Positions 43,511 through 52,088 of a stretch of DNA of 64,000 bases are shown here, one piece after another. The DNA is from a bacterium. Lineage in GTDB: Bacteria; Patescibacteriota; Minisyncoccia; Minisyncoccales; JANBVM01. Position 1 is the first letter of the stretch. Each line of letters opens with the position of its first letter. The translations under genes were made by a program, and so were the position numbers. The DNA is taken from contig JAUUXB010000003.1 of NCBI GenBank assembly GCA_030588745.1, positions 9,358 through 73,357 of the forward strand. The letters are read 5' to 3'. The notes beneath the pieces are model-generated. The model searched no databases, was not told where the DNA came from, and saw nothing but the letters and a program-made list of their open reading frames with translations.

Positions 43511-44635
43511 ATGAAAATAAATATATTAAAAGAAAAATTAAAAAAAGGAGTTGGTATTGTTGAAAGAATTTCACAAAAATCACTAACCTTGCCTGTTTTG
43601 CAAAATATTCTTTTTAAAACAGAAAAAAACTTTTTAAGATTATCAACTACTAATTTAGAATCAGCTATTAATTGGTGGAGTCTGTCTAAAGTTGAAAAAC
43701 AGGGTGAGATTTGTATTCCAACAAAATTCCTTTCCAATCTTTTAAGCCTTTTACCCGATAGGTCTGTTAGTTTAAGTGTGGAAAATTTTATTATGGACTT
43801 GGTTTGTGATAATTATAAAACAAAAATTAAAGGGATAAACCCAGAGGAATTCCCTATTATTCCTCAACTAAAAGATGGGCAGATTGTTAAGGTTGATAAT
43901 TTTAGTTTTTGTCAGGCTCTATCTCAAATAATAAACATTCCTTCAACTTCTACGGCCAGACCCGAAATTTCAGGTATATATTTTGTTTTTGAAAGTAATT
44001 TAATTAAAATGGTTGCCACTGATAGTTTCAGATTGGCTGAGAAAAAGATATTTGTTGATACTAATATTTCAAAAAAACATTCTTTGATATTACCCCAGTC
44101 AGCCGCCAAAGAAGTTGTTAGTGTTTTTAGTGAAAAACAAGGAGATTTAAAAATTTGCTTTTCACAAAATCAGATTTTATTTGAGTATATGATGAGCGAG
44201 ACAGATCATCCCCAAATTCAATTTATTTCGAAATTAATTGGTGGAGAATATCCTAATTACGAGGAAATTATTCCTAAGAAGTATAAAACTGAAATAGAGG
44301 TGCAAAGAAAAGAATTTCTTAATCAGATTAAAAGCGCCAGTCTTTTCAGCGGCAAAGTAAATGAGGTTAAATTGAAAATTAATCCTAAGAATAATAGGGT
44401 TGAGGTTTTAAGTCAAAGTCCTGATCTGGGTGAGTATAAAAGTTTTTTTATTGGAGACATTAAAGGCAATGAGCTTGTTGTTTCTTTTAACCACAGGTTC
44501 TTAATTGATGGGGTGGCAGAGATTAAAAAAGACAAATTAAGTTTTAAACTGACAAACGAAGATGGTCCTGCTGCTCTAAAACCTTTAGGAGATGAGGATT
44601 ATCTCTATATTATAATGCCTATAAAGTCGGCGTAG
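43511..44635 (+). CDS. dnaN: DNA polymerase III beta sliding clamp
   Basis: 374 aa with three-domain clamp-like sequence, immediately after dnaA. Confidence 0.9.
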   Translation: MKINILKEKLKKGVGIVERISQKSLTLPVLQNILFKTEKNFLRLSTTNLESAINWWSLSKVEKQGEICIPTKFLSNLLSLLPDRSVSLSVENFIMDLVCDNYKTKIKGINPEEFPIIPQLKDGQIVKVDNFSFCQALSQIINIPSTSTARPEISGIYFVFESNLIKMVATDSFRLAEKKIFVDTNISKKHSLILPQSAAKEVVSVFSEKQGDLKICFSQNQILFEYMMSETDHPQIQFISKLIGGEYPNYEEIIPKKYKTEIEVQRKEFLNQIKSASLFSGKVNEVKLKINPKNNRVEVLSQSPDLGEYKSFFIGDIKGNELVVSFNHRFLIDGVAEIKKDKLSFKLTNEDGPAALKPLGDEDYLYIIMPIKSA

Positions 44636-46625
44636 AGGTAGAGTTGTTTTGGGGTAGTTCTGGTTCTATAAAGTCCTGTTTCGGGAATTTCCATAAAAGT
44701 TTATTCATAATTCTGTTGAAAGTTGGTCCTGCAAGAACAATTCCTGGTTCTTCTTCCATTGATTCATTATTGTTATTTCCTGCCCAAACACCAACCACAG
44801 CAGAAGGTATATAACCTATTGTCCAGGCATCACGATAGTCCTGAGTTGTACCAGTTTTAGCAGCTACATCAAAATCTCTGAAATAAAGTAGAGATGAGGA
44901 GCCAAACATTGGAGCTCTTGTATTGTTATCTGATAAGATATCATTAATCAATCTGGCCACATTCGTTTCCAAAACTCTTTTAGGAGTTTTTTTATTTTGC
45001 TCAATGATATTCCCCTTTGAGTCTTCTATTTTTAAAATTGAGACCGGAGGAACTTTTAACCCATCATTTGCAAAAACTCCATAAGCAGAAACCATTTCTA
45101 GTAGTTTTACTTCCCATCCTCCAAGTACAATTGAAGGTCCATAATGAGGTTTTAGGGTGGTGATTCCCAAGTCTTTGGCAGTTTTAACGCTTTCATTTAA
45201 TCCAGCTAAATTAAGAAGGACTTTTACTGAGGGGACATTTAGAGATTGACCCAAGGCCTGTCTTAAAGTCACCGGACCTCGGAAAAGTTCGTCATAGTTT
45301 TGAGGTGAATATTCTTCCTCTTTTCCCCAAGAGCCAAAATTAGTTGGTTCATCAATAACGGTGTATTTATCATCATAGCCTTGTTTAAAAGCAGTAGCAT
45401 AAACAAAGGGCTTAAAAGCTGAACCAGGCTGTCTACCAGGGTTTCTTTGTGTTCCTACAACCACATTAAATCTTGGGTCAAACAAACAGTCTTTTCCTGG
45501 CGTACATCCTTTAGGATATGGCGCGTCATAATAATTGCCAGTCCCTACTGTCATGGCTAAAATCTCACCGTTTTGAGGACTTATTACAACTGCTCCTACA
45601 TTATGGGCATTATATGCTTTATTTATTTCAACCCCTTGTTTGGTTATTTCTTCTACTTCTTGCTGTAATTCCCAGTCCAAAGAAGTATAAACCCTTAACC
45701 CCATTCTTCTTAAATAATCTTCTCCGTATTTTTCCTCTAATTGTTGTTTTACCCAGAGAGTGAAATAAGGAGCTTTTATTTGAACAGGTTTTTCAACAAA
45801 ACTAATTTCTTGAGCTTTTGTTGTACTTGCTGTTTCTTTGTCTATAAACCTTTCGTTGGTCATTCTATCTAAAACATAATCTTTTCTAATTAAGAGCCGG
45901 TCTTTATTTTCTCCATAAGGAGATAAGCGGGACGGAGCTTGGATTAAAGCAGCAAGTATTGCTGATTCAGATAATGAAATTTCACTTACTGATTTATTGA
46001 AATAAGTTTGACTGGCAGCTTCTGCTCCATAAGCATTTTGCCCAAAAGGCACCTGATTCAAATACCATTCAAGGATTTTATCCTTTGAATAGCGCCTGTT
46101 TAGTTCCAGGGCCATAACAATCTCTCTTATCTTTCTTTCAACTGTTTTTTTAGTTGATAGAAAGGTTGATCTTATTAGTTGCTGGGGGATTGTAGAACCA
46201 CCATAAACTGGTTGTCTAATTCTTAAATCAGCTAAAATCGCCCTTATAATCCCTTTTATATCAACCCCAAAGTGATTGTAAAAATTAGCATCCTCTGCTG
46301 CGATTACAGCTTGTTTTAAGTATTCAGGTATGAACTCTAAAGAGACCCAGGTTCTTTTTTCTTCACCATAAATTTCATAAAGAAGTGTCTGGCCTGCTCT
46401 GTCATATATTTTTGTGGATTGAGCTAACTGTCGTTCATTAAATATCTCTGGTCTTGGAAAATCTTTTACATAATAAAAAAACAAAGATAAAGAGCAGAAA
46501 ACAGCTAAAATAAATCCAAAAAAAAGAAGTTTAGCCACATTGTTGGTATCTTTTTTCTGGACTTGCCTTTCCTTTTTTTGATCCTTTCTGCTATATGTCT
46601 TCCTGTAATATTTCCTTTTTGCCAT
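44619..46625 (-). CDS. Class A penicillin-binding protein (glycosyltransferase + transpeptidase)
   Basis: GT51 motifs AAEDANFYNHFGVD, GGSTIPQQL and RKIREIVMALELNRRYSK. Transpeptidase motifs SAFKPF (SxxK) and KTGTT. Confidence 0.9.
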   Translation of the reverse strand: MAKRKYYRKTYSRKDQKKERQVQKKDTNNVAKLLFFGFILAVFCSLSLFFYYVKDFPRPEIFNERQLAQSTKIYDRAGQTLLYEIYGEEKRTWVSLEFIPEYLKQAVIAAEDANFYNHFGVDIKGIIRAILADLRIRQPVYGGSTIPQQLIRSTFLSTKKTVERKIREIVMALELNRRYSKDKILEWYLNQVPFGQNAYGAEAASQTYFNKSVSEISLSESAILAALIQAPSRLSPYGENKDRLLIRKDYVLDRMTNERFIDKETASTTKAQEISFVEKPVQIKAPYFTLWVKQQLEEKYGEDYLRRMGLRVYTSLDWELQQEVEEITKQGVEINKAYNAHNVGAVVISPQNGEILAMTVGTGNYYDAPYPKGCTPGKDCLFDPRFNVVVGTQRNPGRQPGSAFKPFVYATAFKQGYDDKYTVIDEPTNFGSWGKEEEYSPQNYDELFRGPVTLRQALGQSLNVPSVKVLLNLAGLNESVKTAKDLGITTLKPHYGPSIVLGGWEVKLLEMVSAYGVFANDGLKVPPVSILKIEDSKGNIIEQNKKTPKRVLETNVARLINDILSDNNTRAPMFGSSSLLYFRDFDVAAKTGTTQDYRDAWTIGYIPSAVVGVWAGNNNNESMEEEPGIVLAGPTFNRIMNKLLWKFPKQDFIEPELPQNNSTSTPTL

Positions 46626-46689
46626 ATATTAGTTTTTACTAATTTTAACTTATTTGTCAAAAATCTTAAATAATTATAGATTTAAGTAT

Positions 46690-47901
46690 ATGGATAAAGA
46701 TAAAAAAATTAACGAGCTTATTGCTTCCCGCTACATTGAAAGAGTTTATCCCTCAAAAGAAAAACTGAAACAGCTTTTAAAATCAAGCAAGAAATTAGCT
46801 ATCTATATTGGCATTGATCCTACAGGACCTCATTTGCATTTAGGTCATTCAACAAACTTTTTTTTGCTTAAAAAATTCCAGGAACTTGGACATAAAATAA
46901 TCTTTTTAATAGGTGATTTTACTGCTCAGATTGGAGACCCAACAGGCAAATTGGATGCCAGAAAAGTTTTAACACACGGTCAGATTTTAAAGAACAGCAA
47001 GGGTTATAAAAAACAAGCTGGAAATATTTTAGACTTTAATTCCAAGAAAAATAAAGTAGAAATTAAATTTAACAACAAATGGCTTGCAATTCTTAGATTG
47101 AGGGATGTGATAGGTTTGATGGCAAAAGCAACAGTTGGGCAGATGATAAAAAGAGACATGTTTCGTAAAAGGATAAAGAATCAAAAAGAAATTTACTTAC
47201 ATGAATTTCTATATCCTCTTTTACAGGGCTATGATTCTGTGGCAATGGAAATAGATATAGAGGTGGGAGGAAATGATCAAACCTTTAATATGATGATAGG
47301 AAGAGGTTTGGTTAAAGAATATTTAGACAGAGAAAAGTTTGTGATTACTACAAAACTTTTGATAAATAAAAAAACAAATAAAAAGTTGATGTCAAAAAGC
47401 GAAGGAAGCTTTATTGCTTTAGATGGAAAACCAGATCAGATGTATGGAAAAGTTATGGCTCTTTCTGACGAGGTGATTGAAACAATTTTTGATTTATGCA
47501 CTGAAGTGTCAGATAAAAGATTAAAAGAAATAGAAAAAAACTTAAAATTAAAAAAGATTAATCCAAGAGATATAAAGGCCAGTTTGGCAAAAGAAATTGT
47601 AAAAATTTATCATGGTGAGAAATTAGCCCAAAAAGCTGAACAAGAATTTAATAGAGTTTTCAAAGAGAGAAAACTGCCATCAGAAATTAAAAAAATGAAA
47701 ATATTAAAAAAAGAAATCAATATTCTGGATCTTTTAATAAAAACAGGTTTGGTTTTATCAAAATCAGAAGCAAAAAGATTGGTTGAACAAAATGCGGTTA
47801 AAATTGATGGTAGCTTGAAAAATGATTGGAAAGAAATCATTAAAATAAAAAAGGGGATGGTGATTAAGGTTGGAAAAAGAAAATTTGTGAAAGTAAACTA
47901 A
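46690..47901 (+). CDS. tyrS: Tyrosyl-tRNA synthetase
   Basis: HIGH-type HLHLGH, KMSKS-type KLMSKS and a C-terminal S4 domain (SKSEAKRLVEQNAVKIDG). I prefer the ATG at 46690. Confidence 0.85.
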   Translation: MDKDKKINELIASRYIERVYPSKEKLKQLLKSSKKLAIYIGIDPTGPHLHLGHSTNFFLLKKFQELGHKIIFLIGDFTAQIGDPTGKLDARKVLTHGQILKNSKGYKKQAGNILDFNSKKNKVEIKFNNKWLAILRLRDVIGLMAKATVGQMIKRDMFRKRIKNQKEIYLHEFLYPLLQGYDSVAMEIDIEVGGNDQTFNMMIGRGLVKEYLDREKFVITTKLLINKKTNKKLMSKSEGSFIALDGKPDQMYGKVMALSDEVIETIFDLCTEVSDKRLKEIEKNLKLKKINPRDIKASLAKEIVKIYHGEKLAQKAEQEFNRVFKERKLPSEIKKMKILKKEINILDLLIKTGLVLSKSEAKRLVEQNAVKIDGSLKNDWKEIIKIKKGMVIKVGKRKFVKVN

Positions 47902-47918
47902 ACCTTTTGTTTATACAC

Positions 47919-47944
47919 AAAAACCGCACCTAGTGCGGTTTTTG
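47919..47944. terminator. Bidirectional intrinsic terminator
   Basis: AAAAACCGCAC-cta-GTGCGGTTTTT. Confidence 0.7.
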
Positions 47945-47965
47945 CTTTGTTTTTATAAATGTGTT

Positions 47966-48112
47966 TTATTCTTCGTCAAATTCGTCATTAAAATTTTCTC
48001 CTTCATCATCCTTAGATTCCTCATCATCATACAATCCAACTTCTGATTCTTTGTCTTTTTCTGTTTCTTCATCATTAGTGAAAAGAGTGGAGAATTTCTC
48101 TTTGTAGACCAT
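47966..48112 (-). CDS. Possible 48-aa highly acidic small protein (alternatively a non-coding transcript)
   Basis: The minus strand encodes MVYKEKFSTLFTNDEETEKDKESEVGLYDDEESKDDEGENFNDEFDEE. It is bracketed by a consensus promoter (48179-48206) and the terminator at 47919-47944. No clear Shine-Dalgarno site is present. Confidence 0.35.
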   Translation of the reverse strand: MVYKEKFSTLFTNDEETEKDKESEVGLYDDEESKDDEGENFNDEFDEE

Positions 48113-48178
48113 AACTTATATGAAGATCAATTTATAGTCCGCGACCTTTGATTTCGTTTTTTTGAAATCTTAAAGAGT

Positions 48179-48206
48179 ATTATAAATCGCGGGACATCCT
48201 TGTCAA
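48179..48206 (-). promoter_or_regulatory. Consensus sigma70 promoter downstream of ruvC
   Basis: The minus strand reads TTGACA, 16 nt, TATAAT. Confidence 0.55.
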
Positions 48207-48215
48207 GTGCAAAAA

Positions 48216-48683
48216 TCAGATCTCTTTTAAAAGATAAGTAGCGGCAATAGCTAAAGCATCAGCAGCATCATCTGGCTTGGGAATTTCTTTAAGCCTAAGC
48301 ATTTTTTGAATGCTTTTTTGAACCTCTTTTTTATCTGCCCTTCCATTACCAGTAATAGTTAATTTAACCTGAAGAGGAGTATATTCGCACACAGGTAGTT
48401 TTTTCTTTGCTGCTGTTAAAAGTATTGAGCCTTTTGCCTGAGAAACTGGAATAGCAGTTTTTAAGTTTTTAAAAAAATACAGCTTTTCTATTACTAAAAT
48501 ATCTGGCTGATATTTTTTAATAACTTTTGAAAGTTCATTATTTATTATTCTTAATCTTTCACCTGCCTCTATGCCAGGAGCAGTACGTATTACATTATAA
48601 CCCAAACACTTAAAAGGTTTTGCTTTTTTAATGATTCCATAACCTGTACTTGCTGTTCCTGGGTCAATACCTAGAATAATCAC
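48216..48683 (-). CDS. ruvC: Holliday junction resolvase RuvC
   Basis: MIILGIDPGTASTGYGII plus the C-terminal acidic DAADALAIA motif. Confidence 0.9.
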   Translation of the reverse strand: MIILGIDPGTASTGYGIIKKAKPFKCLGYNVIRTAPGIEAGERLRIINNELSKVIKKYQPDILVIEKLYFFKNLKTAIPVSQAKGSILLTAAKKKLPVCEYTPLQVKLTITGNGRADKKEVQKSIQKMLRLKEIPKPDDAADALAIAATYLLKEI

Positions 48684-48713
48684 AAATACTTTTACAAATT
48701 AGTTGTTATTGAA

Positions 48714-49448
48714 TTAAACTTTTAAATTGGAATATATATCCTGGACATTATCATTTTCATCTAAGGCCTCAAAAAGCTTTTGACAGCTTTGTTTTTGTTT
48801 TTCATCAAGCTTTATTTCTTCTTTTGGCCTCCATTCCAGGCCAGAGGATTCTATTTTTATTCCTTTTTCTTCTAAGTTCTTTTTAACTTTTTCCAGATTT
48901 TCAACACTAATATAGATATCTAAATTATTATTATTCCAGACAACATCTTCGGCTTCAGCTTCAATAGCTGTAAGCTCTAACTTTTCTTTATCTTTTAATT
49001 CTTCGTTTTGCGCTTCGAGCTCAATAGTTGCATACCCTCTTCTTTTAAACATCCATTTAATTGCTCCTTCTTGAACTAGCTTGCCATTGTATTGACTTAA
49101 GATTTTTTTCACCTCACCCAGAGCCCTGTTTTTATTATTAGTAATTCCTTCAATTAAAAGAGCAGTGTTTCCAGGGCCATAAGCTTCAAAGACAAATTCT
49201 TCTAATTTTTCGCCTTCTCTTTCGCCAGAAGCTTTTTTTATCGCTCTTTCAATATTGTCATTGGGCATATTAAAAGAACGGGCAGATTCAATTGCCATCC
49301 TTAGTTTGGAATTTGTTTCAGGATTTGGACCTCCACCTCTTACAGCAACAGTAATTAAACGGTTCATTTTAGAGAAAATCTGACTTCTTTGCTTGGCCCC
49401 TGCCTCTTTTTTGCTTTTTACAGTTTTAGCATGCGAATGACCTGACAT
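48714..49448 (-). CDS. yebC: YebC/PmpR-family transcriptional regulator
   Basis: MSGHSHAKTVKSKKEAGAKQRSQIFSK...AIESARSFNMPNDNIERAIKKASG is canonical. Confidence 0.9.
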   Translation of the reverse strand: MSGHSHAKTVKSKKEAGAKQRSQIFSKMNRLITVAVRGGGPNPETNSKLRMAIESARSFNMPNDNIERAIKKASGEREGEKLEEFVFEAYGPGNTALLIEGITNNKNRALGEVKKILSQYNGKLVQEGAIKWMFKRRGYATIELEAQNEELKDKEKLELTAIEAEAEDVVWNNNNLDIYISVENLEKVKKNLEEKGIKIESSGLEWRPKEEIKLDEKQKQSCQKLFEALDENDNVQDIYSNLKV

Positions 49449-49497
49449 AATATTGTTCTACAATCTCATTTAGAGGTTAGTATTCTTAAATATTAGC

Positions 49498-50727
49498 TCA
49501 TTTTTCTTTAAAAATCAATCCAGTTTTTTTAATTGTTCTTTTTAAAACCAGTATTATTATTCCTGAAAACAGGGCTAAAACTAGAGCAATTAAATAAATA
49601 TTAGAAAATTCATTAGGTTCAGACACTTGTTTTTTAACAGCTGCCAGTATTTTTTCATCATCTTTCAGAATATCGTTTTTCTCTGTTTTATTATCAGGGC
49701 TTTTTAGGATGAGTTTTTCAAAACCTTGCTCTTGGCTTTGTTCGATAATATTAGGAGCTTCAGGAGTTAATTTTTCGCTCCAACTCCATCCAGAATTTAT
49801 TAGGTTGAATGACTGGTTTCTTGGGGCTTTGTTGTAGCTTACAGTATCAATTACTGTTCCATTGGGCTGAATCAAGTTTAAAATATCAGTATCATTATTC
49901 AATGTAATTTTTGTTTCTGGTCTTGAAAGCACCAAATAACCTTGCGCTTTGATTATTTCTTTAGGAAAAGTGTAAGTTGTAATACTACCAATATTGTCTT
50001 TTATTTTCCAATCCGATAAATCAATATCAAAATCATTTTCATTAAAGACTTCAATCCATTCGTTTTCTGAATCTGGTCCTTCTGGCGAAGGAAGGATTTC
50101 GCTAAATATTATTCCTACATCATAAGTTTTTTCTTCAGTTTGTTGTTCAACTTCTTGTTCAATTACTTGTTCTGATTCAGGCATTGATTCAGACTCCTGT
50201 TTGGTAAAAACGCTATTTTTTGATTTCGGAGTTCCTTCTGGATTTTTGCCTGTCTTCCAAATTGATAAAGCCGGATCGGTTCTTTCCATTGTTTGTTTAG
50301 TTTCATTGTTACCAGCAAACCAAGAGCTAGCACAATTTACTTCATCAATTAGATTGTTTTGATTATCAAAAAACTGTAAGTGTTCACCATTATTGCTTAA
50401 AGCTCCAGTATATATTTGGTCAGCAGTAATATTTGGCACACTATTATCATCAGTTCTTTCTAAAAGAAAAAAGCCATTGGCTTGAATTGTACCAGAAAGA
50501 ATTATTTCTGGTTTTCCATCAACAGCTTTAAGGATCCAATTATCAAGATTAACTGGATTATTAGTATTGTTATATAATTCAATCCATTCGTCGCTATAAG
50601 AAGTGTTTGTTCCCATCCAGGCAATTTCGTTGATTATAATACTTAATGATTCAGTGGCTAAGGCTGAACAAGGGAGGAACAAGGCGAATAGGAATATAAT
50701 AGTTATTCTCAGAACTTTACTTGTCAT
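49498..50727 (-). CDS. Secreted protein with two lamin-tail (LTD) domains and a C-terminal membrane anchor
   Basis: Signal peptide, two LTD-like blocks (IIINEIAWMG...SDEWIELYNNTNNPVNLDNW and IIFSEILPSP...ENEWIEVFNENDFDIDLSDW), and a C-terminal TM helix IYLIALVLALFSGIIILVL. Confidence 0.7.
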   Translation of the reverse strand: MTSKVLRITIIFLFALFLPCSALATESLSIIINEIAWMGTNTSYSDEWIELYNNTNNPVNLDNWILKAVDGKPEIILSGTIQANGFFLLERTDDNSVPNITADQIYTGALSNNGEHLQFFDNQNNLIDEVNCASSWFAGNNETKQTMERTDPALSIWKTGKNPEGTPKSKNSVFTKQESESMPESEQVIEQEVEQQTEEKTYDVGIIFSEILPSPEGPDSENEWIEVFNENDFDIDLSDWKIKDNIGSITTYTFPKEIIKAQGYLVLSRPETKITLNNDTDILNLIQPNGTVIDTVSYNKAPRNQSFNLINSGWSWSEKLTPEAPNIIEQSQEQGFEKLILKSPDNKTEKNDILKDDEKILAAVKKQVSEPNEFSNIYLIALVLALFSGIIILVLKRTIKKTGLIFKEK

Positions 50728-50831
50728 ATTGTCTGAATTTTATCAGAACAAAAGATTAAGAGAAAGTCTTGGGTGTAATAGCTAAAGCACTTTCACAGGA
50801 TTTAATCCGCCTGATATAATGAAGAAAACTT

Positions 50832-51788
50832 ATGTTAATCACAGAACGGAATATTAAGCTTAAGGCTGGGAATGGCGGGAATGGAATAGTTTCTTTTTAT
50901 AAAAGAAGAAAAGGCCCAGACGGAGGCAATGGAGGAAAGGGCGGCAGTATTTTTATTGTTTCTACTTCAGACATTTACGCTCTTTCTGATCTTTCAAGAA
51001 GAGCCAAAATCAAAGCAGGAGACGGGCAACATGGGATGACAAATAGAAAAGTCGGTAAGTCTGCTGAGGATTTAGAAATTAAAGTTCCCATTGGGACTAT
51101 TATCACTGATAAAGATTCTAAAGAAGTCTTTGAAGTGATTGACAAAGACAATCGTTTTCTCTTGTGTAGGGGGGGACGGGGTGGTAAAGGCAATTGGGAG
51201 TATCGTTCTTCTAAAAATGTTACGCCAATGTATGCCCAAAAGGGTTTTAAAGGCCAGGAAAGAAGTTTATATATTAATCTTAAGCTTATTGCTGATTATG
51301 GGCTTATTGGCCTTCCTAATGCTGGTAAAAGCAGTTTGCTTAAAGAGATAACAAATGCTAATCCAAAAATCGGTGACTACCCCTTTACTACTCTTGAGCC
51401 TAACTTAGGAGAATTAGGGGGTAAAATTATTGCTGATATTCCAGGACTTATAGAAGGGGCTTCTAAGGGAAAAGGATTAGGGATCAAATTTTTAAAACAT
51501 ATTGAAAAAGTTTCACTCTTATTTCATTGTATTTCTTGTGAACTTAAAGAGCCTGAAAAAAGCTATCAACAAGTCAGGAACGAACTAAAGAATTACAATC
51601 CAAAATTATTAAAGATACCGGAAATTATTCTTCTTACCAAAACAGATTTAAAATCAGAGAAAGAAGTTAAGTTAAGTCTTAAGATTTTGAAAAAGCTGAA
51701 AAGACAAATATTGCCCGTTTCTATTCATAACTGGGATAGTTTGGAAAAACTAAGAATCCTTGTTTTAAAATCTTTTGCCGTTAAATAA
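50832..51788 (+). CDS. obg: GTPase Obg/CgtA (short form)
   Basis: Gly-rich Obg fold (GNGGNGIVSF, GGNGGKGGSIF) and G domain (GLPNAGKSSL, DIPGLIEGA, TKTD). Confidence 0.9.
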   Translation: MLITERNIKLKAGNGGNGIVSFYKRRKGPDGGNGGKGGSIFIVSTSDIYALSDLSRRAKIKAGDGQHGMTNRKVGKSAEDLEIKVPIGTIITDKDSKEVFEVIDKDNRFLLCRGGRGGKGNWEYRSSKNVTPMYAQKGFKGQERSLYINLKLIADYGLIGLPNAGKSSLLKEITNANPKIGDYPFTTLEPNLGELGGKIIADIPGLIEGASKGKGLGIKFLKHIEKVSLLFHCISCELKEPEKSYQQVRNELKNYNPKLLKIPEIILLTKTDLKSEKEVKLSLKILKKLKRQILPVSIHNWDSLEKLRILVLKSFAVK

Positions 51789-51915
51789 TAAACAATAGAG
51801 TTTTTAGCTTCATAGCCTTATTTAAATCTAACAAATCTCAAAATTCTTGTGAAACAAGTTTTAATTGAATCCGTCTTTAATAACAGGGGCCTATTAGCAA
51901 GTCTTGTTTAAAAAC

Positions 51916-51944
51916 TTGACAAATTTAATTACATATATTAAAAT
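51916..51944 (+). promoter_or_regulatory. Near-consensus sigma70 promoter with no downstream ORF
   Basis: TTGACA (51916-51921), exactly 17 nt, TAAAAT (51939-51944). Confidence 0.5.
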
Positions 51945-51949
51945 AATAA

Positions 51950-52088
51950 AATAGAGACTCAAAAACCCCGGAGGTGGGGGTTAGGAATTTTTCTTAGCCG
52001 GACAGGTTGGCTTTGGCGAACCTGTTCCTCGGAAAAAATCTGAGCTTATGTTGAAAACCTAAGTAACCCCCTCCTTCGGGGTTTTTAT
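51950..52088 (+). ncRNA. Candidate structured small RNA, about 135 nt, unclassified
   Basis: AAAACCCCGGAGGTGGGGGTTAGG (from 51962) pairs with CCTAAGTAACCCCCTCCTTCGGGGTTTT (to about 52085). This encloses CTTAG/CTGAG, CCG/CGG and a perfect 7-bp hairpin ACAGGTT-GGCTTTGGCG-AACCTGT. It ends in a T run. There is no ORF in the interval. Confidence 0.4.

Noticed and set aside
51950-52088. Assigning the structured RNA candidate to SRP (4.5S) RNA or 6S RNA.
   Set aside because: I could not find the SRP domain IV signature (a GNRA tetraloop flanked by the conserved GGAA/AGCA loops) on either strand. The length is short for 6S. It is left unclassified.
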